Under the pieces are notes generated by a model that ran no database searches, was not told where the DNA came from, and saw only the letters and a list, made by a program, of their open reading frames with translations. Shown here piece after piece: positions 52,791 to 64,000 of a stretch of 64,000 nt of DNA. The position numbers and the translations under genes were made by a program. The stretch covers positions 3,348,001 to 3,412,000 of the forward strand of contig NC_043016.1 in NCBI RefSeq assembly GCF_006345805.1, given 5' to 3'. This stretch comes from Octopus sinensis. Taxonomy: Eukaryota. Each line of letters begins with the position of its first letter. The first letter of the stretch is position 1.

Positions 52791-53489
52791 GCGGCCCCCT
52801 GACACCAACAGTGAGCAGCTGAGAAACCGCAGGCCAGCCCAACAAGTCAACTTGTTAAGAGTGGGAAAAGTAGTCGTACCCAGCTGGATGCCTTGTGTAA
52901 CGTGGTTCTTCGTCGCCCGGGCTCACTTCCACTGGTCACATCGCATCTTTACACCGAGTGTTTCCGTAGCCAACTTCACACTGACTATCTTTTTACTGTT
53001 TGTTTGCGCTGCCATATTCACACTCCGCCTTCTTTACGTCACCGACTGACACTGCGCTTTCCTTTGCCACTTCAAATTGTCCACCTCGCAGCACAAAACA
53101 AAGAAAAACGTGCAGAATGTTTTAAATTAGTCACGTGATCAACAACGTTATTTCTCCTTCGAAGCAATACAGTCTTCCTTTCACACTATAATGAAACAAC
53201 ACACAAACACAGATATCACATTCAAATAATTGTGATCGGGCAGGAAATCATTACAGGATGTAAGACTGCTGCTACATTAAGAAATATTGGCAATCTTACA
53301 TACAAGGGAACTAACTCCGTTTCGTTTGACAAACTTGCAGGAAAATTTCCGCGTTTATTTTGCAGAAGATTATATTTTTAGTTGAATATGAAAACAAGAT
53401 TTTAATTCTATAGAAATCAATTTTTTTAATATATATTCTTATCAAATACATAATGTTATTGTTGGTATTGATTAATACACAGCAGAGAA

Positions 53490-53860
53490 AGAAGTGTGGC
53501 AAGAAGCTTCCTTCCCAGCCACAGGGTTCTGGGTTCAGTCCCACTGCGTGGCACCTTGGGCAAGTGTCTTCTACTATAGCCTCGAGCTGACCAAAGACTT
53601 TTGAGTGGATTTGATAGACGGAAAATGGAAGAAGCCCGTCGTATATATGTATACATGAATGTGTGCGTGTGTGCGCGCACGCGCGTGTGTATCTGTGTCT
53701 GTGTTTGCCCCCTCAATATTGCTTATCAGCCGTTGGAGGTGTGTTTACATCCTTGTAACTTAAGGCTCCGCAAAAGAAACTGATAGAATAAGTACAAGGC
53801 TTACAAAGAATAAGTCCTGGGGTCAAATGATTGAAACAAGTAAAAGAATAAAAGAATACA
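53490..53860 (+). mobile_element. SINE family A
   Basis: gggttcagtcccactgcgtggcaccttgggcaag... Confidence 0.85.
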
Positions 53861-54226
53861 AGAATATAAAATATTCCGAAAGATTCGGATTATTCAAAAA
53901 TATGAAATTCAGTTGAGTTTCATATTTCTTACATACTTATGAATACAGTTTGAAAATACACGTGTGAGTGTATGAGAGAGAGGGGGGGGAGAAGAGTGAG
54001 AGTGCGATATATATATATATATAAATAAATATATATGAAATTAGTAAATGGTGCAGATAAAATCCAGGTTACATAGCTAGCAGAACCTCGGAAGTAGTAA
54101 TTATCCAAACAAGGGGTAATCCGCTAGCTACTCGTCGGGGCCAAAGATACTTTAATCAATAGAAGCTTACATTGTCGTCAAATGCGATCTTTGGATCTTG
54201 CCTTTATATATATATATATATATATA

Positions 54227-54580
54227 GACTTGGACCACGGGCTATACGTCCCCTGCCCAATTCAAGATCACAACATACATGTACACTGCAACATAATTTC
54301 TTTTCCTCAACAGGCCCTGCCCTATTTAACATTGTCCCGAGGGAGATCAAAGAGGAAAAGGATCCCATCAACTTTTAAACAGAGTCTGGACAGATTCTTC
54401 AAAGAATACCAGATAAGCCACCCATAATTGATACAACTCACCCAACAAGAACTCACTACTTGAACATAACTTGACTTAAACAAACTTAACTTAAACAGGA
54501 TTCGAATAATCCTATCAGGTGGTGCTATTAAGTTAGACATGGCCTGGACCAATCCTTGGTCGAAACATATCTAAGTTTAT
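54227..54580 (+). mobile_element. 5'-truncated CR1/L2-like LINE 3' end, same family as 27.9-32.9 kb
   Basis: RLGPRAIRPLPNSRSQHTCTLQHNFFSSTGPALFNIVP is identical to the corresponding part of ORF 27957-28322; the native 3' tail is retained. Confidence 0.9.
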
Positions 54581-54612
54581 CTAAGTTTATATATATATAA
54601 TATATATTATAT

Positions 54613-54649
<37 letters not shown>

Positions 54650-55024
54650 GAGAGAGCGAGAGAGAGAGAGAGGAGATGGAGAGAGAGGGGGAGGGAGAGG
54701 GCGAGAGATGAGAGAGGGAGAGAGATAGAGGGAGAAGGGGGAGATGGAGGGAGCTAGAAAGAGATAGAGACAGAGAGATACGTATATATATATATATATA
54801 TATTGCTATTTTAACACTTGGAAGATATGGAAACATTTACATGAAAAAGACAGCAGTTAAAAAGAAACAAACAGTAATGATCTAAGGGAGGCAACTGCTA
54901 TCGTAATAATTTATTATGACAACCTCTTGGCTTTCTAATTTATTTTATACACGATTAGCTTTTTGTATATTTTCCTGAGGAAATGCACACCTTTACTTTT
55001 GAAGAAGAGACATTTTAGGATTTC

Positions 55025-55114
55025 GGATGGCACCTTTGGCAAGTGTCTTCTATCATAATCTCAGGCTGACTAAATCCTCTCGATTAGATTCTATAGAAGG
55101 AACTGAAAGAAAGC

Positions 55115-55166
<52 letters not shown>

Positions 55167-55330
55167 TGAGCGTCGTTTAATAGCCGGTGCTGGTCTGTTT
55201 ACGTCCCGTAACGTAGTGGTTGACAAAAAGATACCAAATTTATGAGAAATAAAAATGGAATGGTGTCGTTTGACTAAACCTTCAAGCAGTTGTTCCAGCA
55301 TGGCCGCAGTACAATAACTGGTACAAGCAA
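55025..55330 (+). mobile_element. SINE family A, diverged
   Basis: ggcaccttt ggcaagtgtcttc...ccagcatggccgcag. Confidence 0.75.
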
Positions 55331-56387
55331 ATGATCGATTATCATTCAACCTGCTGATTTTTGTGGATATGATATAGATACAAATATCATACATTTATTC
55401 TTTTGTGGTAGTCATCCGGAACGACCATGCAGGGGTAACTTGTTGACAATTTTCTTTTTACTCAATCGGACTTATTTCAGAGCATGTTTCTATTTGGGCT
55501 ACCTGCCATATTTTTGCCGGCCCTTCAAGTTTAGGAGGGGGGTGTAAACATACCCGTACCTGTTGTCAAGCACGTGTGACAAACATAAGGACGCGTGCGC
55601 GCACCCCCTAATACTTACACACACACACACACAGAGGGAAAACTTTGCATGTACACATACATACATACAAACATGTGTACATATATACATATTTATATAA
55701 ATAAGGATAAGATCGTTAATTTAAAAATAGAATAACGATTTTATCAAGTGGCCAGCATGGAAAAAATAACCTTCAAAGGTAATAATTATTAAAATTATAA
55801 ATTAGGGTATCTACGAGATACCACCATGCTGAAAATAACAGCCATGATCCGACTTTAAAACCACCTAAATTGTCCATATCGCAACACGGAGAGAAAACAA
55901 AGAGACAAGATGAAACTAGTAAAAAATTACTGGATAATTCTAGATCCGGATTTCTGACCTTGCATTTATGAATGCTTTGCCTCGTCAGTAGACTACACAC
56001 AGAAGAGAAACACAAATACGTATATATATAAATACAACATACGAATACTTACGAATGCCTCACACTGCGGCTGAAAGCGGAACCATGGATTTGCAGCCGG
56101 TCCAAAGTACGAAAGTTAAAAAATAAAGTTCGTGGCTCCGCAGCTCTTGCTCCTGGAGAGTCAGGTCCATTCTATTTAACAGCGCTGTAGGACGCTGGAC
56201 CGATGGGTTGATTAAACTGTTGGGACTCTGATTTGGCCCAGATCTCCAACTGCAAAACAACTGGTATGAAGTGACGAGATGGTGATTAGGCGTGAAACAG
56301 AGAGAATTTGACATTCACAGAGTATGTCTAACTGACTTTTGTTGTTTATTCCTGTTTTTTTTAATGTTTAATCCTAGATTTGCCTTC

Positions 56388-56770
56388 ATACATACATACA
56401 TACATACATACATACATACATACATACATACATACATACATACATGCATACATGCATACATACATACATACATACATACATACATACATACATGCATACA
56501 TGCATACATACATACATACTTACATACATACATACATACATACATACGTACATACATACATATATATATACATATATATATATATATACATACACATACA
56601 TACAAATATATACATACATATATACATACATATATACATACATATATACATACATATATACATACAGGCATATGCGTGTGTGAATGTGTACACACACAAA
56701 CGCATTCACACACGCACTAACATTCACACACATATACAGATACATTCGTGCGCACATACATGTGTGTGTG
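56388..56770. repeat. (CATA)n/(TA)n/(CA)n microsatellite
   Basis: Direct reading. Confidence 0.95.
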
Positions 56771-57083
56771 TGTTTGTAAGGTGCACATGAAAGCACTCGC
56801 TACGTAATCAATATATCCTAATTCCACGTGTTTCTTTGTAATATTATCAAGGAATTTGTAAATGAAATTTATGTTGGGGTTTCTTGTTTAGGGTCTTCTT
56901 GGTTATGAAGATCACAGAATATTCAAAAATATAAGAAACGAAAATAAATAAATAAATAAACGCATATTTTAAAATTGTTTATATATAAATATATAATTAA
57001 TATATTCTCCAGGTATATTTATTGCACATACTCACCCACGCATATATATTAACAAGGAGGGAGAGAGAGAAAATGAGAAAGAA

Positions 57084-57119
<36 letters not shown>

Positions 57120-57754
57120 GAAATCAGAATGAAGGAGGCGGCCTTCCTGCCTGTACCAACTGTAATGACCTTGAAAATCTTGCCGCCAGGTGCAATTCCG
57201 TAACGGGATTTTCTCATTGTTTCCATGTTTATTATTGTTTATTTACCATTGAAAGAAGTCGATGGGGGAACCCTCCTGCATGGTAAGAAATTTGGTGTTA
57301 AGTCTTCTGCGATTATATCGGCCTCAGTTATCGCAAAAACCCAACAGTAAAAGATAAAATAGATTACGATGGAATTTGAACTCGGGAATAGAATGCCAAA
57401 TCGCTGAGTATTTTGTCCAACGTTTACCTGATTCTCACAATACATAAAAAAACATACTTGAATATTTGCCAAGTAAAACGAAGTAAGGGAGACAACTTTG
57501 ACAGAATTATTTCCCTTGATAATTTATTTTTCTTAAATTTTTATACCTGTAAAATAGATTCATTTTTGATTTACCCCAGCTATTCAAAAACAAAATACTT
57601 ACAACATTAAAAAATTTTGTAGTTGTCTTACAAATAATAGCTCTTGAAATAGAACGTCAGTCTTTGACGAATCCAACATAGGCAAGAAGCAAACTTTCAC
57701 TACTTTGCAAAGGTGATTCATCTTTGAGCTAAATTTGATTTGTTGTTTCGTGTA

Positions 57755-58797
57755 TGTCGCACAATATATCATAAATATTATAGCAGTCTGTACTTTGGAA
57801 CACATGTAATACGCATTTTCAGAGAAAATATTTCGTACTTGCACTTCTTCATTCAAGGTTAGAATACCGATCCCGGGAGAAATTCCGATTTACGCACGAT
57901 AGTTTTACCATTTTTTTTTATCTGTAACAACACAAATTACAAGTGTTTTAAAATGTGGAATATTGAATGATGAATAAAAAAAAAAAAATTAGTGATTGTG
58001 TTCCAAGATGCGATAAATGGGTGGGTAGACATCTGAGAAAATATCGATTTAAAAGTTTTGTTTTAAAGAAAGTTGGCTTGTGTGTTATTTTGAAATGTGG
58101 GACACTTATAAAACATGGATAAATGTCGAAAAAATACCCCCAAAAATTCGAAAAATGTAAGACAGCTGTTCTGAAGTTTGATAAATATATTAAATGCAGA
58201 AAAAAAAGAAGAAAAAACGTCATGACAGTGTTCACAACGGTAAAGTACGAAGTTGTGTACACCACTAATTCTAAGAAAGACAAAAAATAAAAAAATAAAT
58301 AAATAAAGCAAAACAAAAAATGCAAATATTATTAAACTGATTTATATTTATAATAAATTATTGTGATCAACGTACGAACGACTCTATTAAGGCAGGCCTA
58401 TATTTCAAACAAATATACAAACAAAAAATCAGAAGTCTGACTGAGACTGAAAATTTATAGAATTTATATAAGTTTTGTAAACGAATTTTATAACAAAAGC
58501 TAAAATACCAGTTCTAGAAGATTTGAAGAATCTCTTATCATTACCTTAAAAACAGAAACTCAAGACAACAGTTGCGCAAAATACTTCATAGCTAAAGTAG
58601 TAAAGGATTAGTTTAGCGCAAATTAAATTAAATGCTGAAGTGAACCTAATTGTTTTTGTGTTTTTAAATGGCTTATAAAAACCTTCCACGCTGCAATTGT
58701 TTTCGTTCCAGCACACAATCTCAGATCAGGTCACTTGCTATGCAAGTACATCTCCATAATGCGTATGTATGTGTATATATATATATAATATATATAT

Positions 58798-58829
<32 letters not shown>

Positions 58830-59202
58830 ATATATATATAAAGTTAATCCAACATGAAAAACAAAGAGAAAACACAACGCGAGGACGTGAAACAAGTATA
58901 GTGTTATTGGACACTCAGGAAAGGAAAAAAAAAGAATTATATATATATGTATGTATGTATGCATGTATGCATGTATGTATGTATGTATGTATGTATGTAT
59001 GTATGTATGTATGTATGTATGTATGTATGTATGTATGTATCTATGTGAGTGTTTATTTATGTTGCACAATATATCGTAAATTTTATACTATTATGTACTT
59101 TGGAACACATGTAATATGAATTTTCAGAGAAAGTATTTCGTAGTTACACTTCTTCATTCAAGATTAAAATACTGTTCCCGGGAGAAATTCCGATTTATGC
59201 AT
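57755..59202 (+). repeat. ~145-bp diverged direct repeat pair (57755-57898 / 59060-59202)
   Basis: Shared tgtactttggaacacatgtaat...cccgggagaaattccgattta. Confidence 0.75.
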
Positions 59203-59250
59203 ATATATATATATATATTACACATCTATATCTATATCCATATCTAATCG

Positions 59251-59341
<91 letters not shown>

Positions 59342-59499
59342 ATCCTATCTATCTATCTATCTATCTATCTATCATCTATCTATCTATCTATCGGCACTAT
59401 GAATGACGAAGCCACCTTGAGCATGATCCTATAAACCCAGAAAAAATGAAACAGAGAGTTGCTTATTTGCAAAAAAAAAAAAAAAGAAATATAACATGT

Positions 59500-59809
59500 G
59501 ACTCCATTGACCGAGGTTACCGTGGTCTTTTCTGTAGGCTTTTCTTTCCACGGTAAACCTCACCTGTCCTCCCCTTTACACTTCATATTGACATTTCTGT
59601 GATAACGATCCCTATTGATCAAATTTTTTTTTTTTTCCTCCCCCTTTTTTTTAACCCCCCTTTTTTTTTGTCTCTTTCTCTCCTTTTACGATCCCTTTTG
59701 ATCGAAACTCCCCCTTCCTTTTTTTTTTTTTTTTAAACCTTCAAAAGAAAAGCTCTACCTTGTAATTTGTTCTATCTGTGTGCAGCCCTGTGTGGCTAAT
59801 AAAGAAACA

Positions 59810-59815
<6 letters not shown>
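59500..59815 (+). mobile_element. Probable LINE 3' end with T-rich UTR and AATAAA
   Basis: Ends cagccctgtgtggctaataaagaaa before (ATCT)n; family not determined. Confidence 0.3.
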
Positions 59816-59872
<57 letters not shown>

Positions 59873-60016
59873 ATATGTTTGAAGTTGTGTATGCTTGTCA
59901 AGAGTAGGACTCATTAGCCAGCAACAGAGCTGCAAATGCAAAATATAAGTTAGTCCTGGAGCGCACAATGTTCCTGAATGTCAGCAGTGGTCTTCCTCGG
60001 TCACGAGTGGATGGCC

Positions 60017-60054
<38 letters not shown>

Positions 60055-60561
60055 TAATATATATATTAGAGAGGAAAGAATAATAAGGCAGAATGTTAAA
60101 TTGAAAGTAAATTTAATAGAAATTGGTGTATGAGAAAGTTTTTAAAAATCAAAGCGGCTTTCATTGCAAAGCAAATTTTCAAGATTTGGAAGGGGAAAAA
60201 AGTAAACACATACATCCTAATCCTCCAAATAAATGTTTCTAAGGACTAAATATTGAACTCTAAAAGCATGAAGACACTACAGTGAATTGGTATACTTAGT
60301 TATTAATTTTTTGTATATATTCATTATTTTTTGAAAAAAATATTGTAAATTTTTTTTCTCCTTCCTCAATTTAAAAAGAAATTTTTTCCCCTTCCAAATC
60401 TTGAAAATTTACCTTGCAATGAAAGGCAGTTTGATTTTTGTTTTAATTTTTCATACACCCATTTTTATTAAAATTTACTTTCAATTTAGCATTTTGCCAT
60501 ATTATTTTTCCTCTCCTATCATTTCTCCACGTGCGGTTAACACAACCCCACCATTTATTGA

Positions 60562-60603
<42 letters not shown>

Positions 60604-60699
60604 ACTCTCCTGCCGAAGACGATATATTAGCGTTCAGCTTTTTGCCGAACGACCAACACAAATGATTTGTTTATCAAATATTCGGGTGTTCATTAGTTC

Positions 60700-61019
<320 letters not shown>

Positions 61020-61039
61020 ACAATATATATATACACACA

Positions 61040-61917
61040 TCTTATTAAAACTGAAAATGTCTGGGTGTTGTGTGTATCGATATGTCCTCATTTTCCGCCA
61101 AAACGGCTCGACCGATTTTTTCTTAACATCACACGCACATTGCTTTATAGCTGGGGAGGTTTTAAGTATAAATGGATTTCAAAAAATGTTCAGGTAAACA
61201 GTGGGAGGAATAACATTTGTGCGGTGTTGGTTGAACGGCGGGCGTAATTATTTTAAGCGTCCAAAGGAAATAAGCCATTCCCTCCTTCGTAAATTATTTG
61301 GTAGAAATGCAATTGAATATACTTATTTCTTAGTATTTGAACTATTTTAGGTATTTTCTCAATTTATCCAGTACAAGGCTTAAACAAGCTAATAGTATTC
61401 TCCTAAACAATAGATTCACTTATTTCGGTTAGTGACTTATTCACGAATATACCAATACTAGCGCTACTGAGGGTAATATTCTCTGGGAACGCACAAAAGC
61501 TTTTTTCACAGTTAATTACTTTGAATTGTTATTATCTCATATCTGATTAGCCTGTTATTGCATAACATGTATTACGATTTTAGTATACATACCTTATTAG
61601 TATTTCCTCCTATGTTCTATATACTCTGGGAACATATTAAAGCCCTTTTCTGGGCTACTTTATTTGAATTCTTACTATAGGGTCATTAATTTCATGTTAT
61701 TATATAACTGAATTCACAATTTGGGTATTCATAACTTATTGGGAATTCCTAAAAACAAGGTCCTTTGTATGAAAGTTCGGTATTCTCAATAAATACACAA
61801 AAACCGTTTTAAGCGTTACATACTTTGTATTGTCGTTACTGGATTAGCGAAACAATTATGAGAATGGAACCAAGGGATAAGCCCACTTTCCTGGGAATTA
61901 CCGGGCATGTCACCTGG
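61040..61917 (+). mobile_element. Non-autonomous Helitron-like element
   Basis: A|TC start; aaaacggctcgaccgatttt subterminal motif; degenerate hairpin cctgggaattaccggg then CTGG|T. Confidence 0.6.
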
Positions 61918-61948
<31 letters not shown>

Positions 61949-61989
61949 AGGGTAAATAATTATTATTAGTTAAAAAAAAAAACAACAAT

Positions 61990-62051
61990 TATTTCCGGGT
62001 AGATTTCGGTATGGAAATATAACCATTATCGGTAGGAACTTTTTCAAAAAG

Positions 62052-62090
<39 letters not shown>

Positions 62091-62545
62091 CATAATTAAG
62101 GGATCAGCAAAAGTTGCTTCCCCACATACCGAAATATATAATATATATAAATTTATGATATATATAAATTCGGAAATGCCTGTTTCCCTTATGATGTCGT
62201 ATGATTCAGCGTGCATGAGTTAGTTAGCATTTTCAGATTTATAATCTTGAATATCAGGAAATGAATTTTACACCATTCTAATCCCGAAACGTGTACATGA
62301 TTAACTAATGCTAGTTGATTTCGTTATTTTTTCTTCTTTTTGCCTATGTGAGTTACGAGTATTACTGTCTGTGGAGATATATTGTAGTTGAAGAATTAGT
62401 AGTTTGACTGCTATTTCTAAATTTCGGTATGTGGTGAAGCAACTTTTAATTATGTTTATAATTATAAAAAAACCTTTTTGTATCAGTTTTTACCGATAAT
62501 GGGTTTTTTTTTCCACACCGAACTACCAGGTAAAAATGTTAATTA
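61990..62545. mobile_element. MITE / fold-back element with long imperfect TIRs
   Basis: aaaagttgcttccccacataccgaaat vs atttcggtatgtggtgaagcaactttt; accattatcggta vs taccgataatggg. Confidence 0.6.
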
Positions 62546-62562
62546 TTAAGCTAATAATTTTT

Positions 62563-62613
<51 letters not shown>

Positions 62614-62618
62614 TATAT

Positions 62619-62751
<133 letters not shown>

Positions 62752-62788
62752 GTATATATATGTATATATTTATATATACACATATATA

Positions 62789-63259
62789 CTAGCCTTTTTT
62801 CCGGTTGCACTCGGGTTGTTGTGATTACGTGTTTCTCACAAGTGGTTTGTTTTAAAAAATAATTCCCTATTATCGAATTCACAATTAGAAAAGAGAGAGA
62901 AAATCTAACGAAATCAAAATACCCTACATGCAAAATGGCCAAATGCTTCAAGGTAATCAATACAGCCTAAAGAATCCTATCGTGACTATCCAAAGTGTAC
63001 CATAACCACTTAAACTTATGTTAACCTATGGCGTGTCTACAAACAAGGTTTCTACAAAGAACAAGTTGTAATTACGCAAGCACTGACGTACATTGTATTT
63101 CTTTTAACACAGAAACGTATGTGACAGGAATAATAGTTCAACTATCGAAGAATTTCGCAGTCGATGCATTGATAGAAAGAAATTATACATTAATTCCTAT
63201 TTTTGTAAGCTGTTGAATCCGTAAAAAGCTTTTTTTTGTAGAGAGCAAAATTTGAAAGA
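62789..63259 (-). mobile_element. Non-autonomous Helitron-like element
   Basis: Minus-strand 3' end cccgagtgcaaccgg-aaaaaagg-CTAG|T; candidate A|TC 5' end at 63259. Confidence 0.55.
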
Positions 63260-63273
63260 TATATGAAATGGAA

Positions 63274-63304
<31 letters not shown>

Positions 63305-63399
63305 GTGTGTGCGTGCGTGCGTGTGTGTGTGTGTGTGTGCGTGCGTGTGTGTGTGCGTGCGTGTGCATGCGTGGCAAATATGAGGATGAAAATTAAGTT

Positions 63400-64000
63400 C
63401 TTCATATAGAATACGTGCTCTCTCAAAAGTGTCGATCCCTTCCTTAACCTGCTTCCTCCATCTGTGGCGATGACAGGTATTGCTCTCCCAGTCCGTCTCC
63501 TGCATATCACGGGCCTCTAATGAGGACTTGACACAGTCCTTAAATCGCAGCTTTAGTTTCTGCTGTGGTCTCTTTCTACTAACAAGTTCCCCGTATAGCA
63601 TCTGTTTAGGGATCCTGCTACCCATCATTTTAATAAGGTGCTCATTTCTCAAGTTATCAACTTTCCTCAGGATCTGTGTGTCTTGAGTTTTTAAGTCCAG
63701 CCAACATTCAGAATGTGTCTCAGACATCTCTGGTGAAAGCGTCCAAGGACCCTTACATGATGTTTGTAAAGGGTCCATGTCTCACGTGAGTAAAGGAGCG
63801 ATGTCAGTACACATGCACGGTACACAGCGACTTTTGTTTGCCACATGATGCCATGTTGGGACCAGACACGAGACTGAAGAGACCGGAAGGAATCACTCGC
63901 TCTCTGCAGCCCGAAAGATATTTCATCATCCATTAGCAAGAATAGTTGTGTGTGCTGCCCAGGTAGACAAACTTATCTAGCTACTTTCAGTATTGTTCCT
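63400..64000 (-). mobile_element. RTE/BovB-like LINE fragment
   Basis: TKVAVYRACVLTSLLYSRETWTLY...RFHQRCLRHIL; RIPKQMLYGEL...RFKDCVK. Confidence 0.9.

Noticed and set aside
52790-53160. GC-richer segment with ORFs 52759-53049 and 52893-53138
   Set aside because: No recognisable motif or splice context; the plus-strand ORF starts inside a SINE. It is probably TE debris.

Overview
AT-rich, repeat-saturated eukaryotic DNA, not prokaryotic. The SINE families and dense (TA)n/(CA)n/(TATG)n/(GATA)n tracts resemble octopus (coleoid cephalopod) DNA; this is inferred from recalled repeat families, not from a search. Most of the window is nested transposon debris: Penelope-like elements (PLE) with inverted pseudo-LTRs, a near-full-length CR1/L2-like LINE (27.9-32.9 kb, minus), RTE fragments, an internally deleted Ty3/gypsy element, a Helitron remnant plus three short Helitrons, a dead Tc1/IS630 transposase, hAT and pogo MITEs and several tRNA-derived SINE families. 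One plausible host gene is present: a two-exon, ~151-aa tail-anchored coiled-coil protein on the minus strand (16428-16309 joined to 9936-9601). Most notable: (i) a tRNA-headed element carrying a minimal hammerhead ribozyme (33.4-33.7 kb), plus several other hammerhead-like motifs in PLE-type inverted repeats; (ii) an intact LINE ORF1 combining a Myb/SANT-like domain, polyQ and two CCCH fingers; (iii) a 1.25-kb palindrome; (iv) a 3' tail shared by the dominant SINE and the CR1-like LINE. Ribozyme and domain calls were made by eye and need computational and experimental confirmation. Repeat boundaries are approximate unless target-site duplications (TSDs) or termini are quoted.
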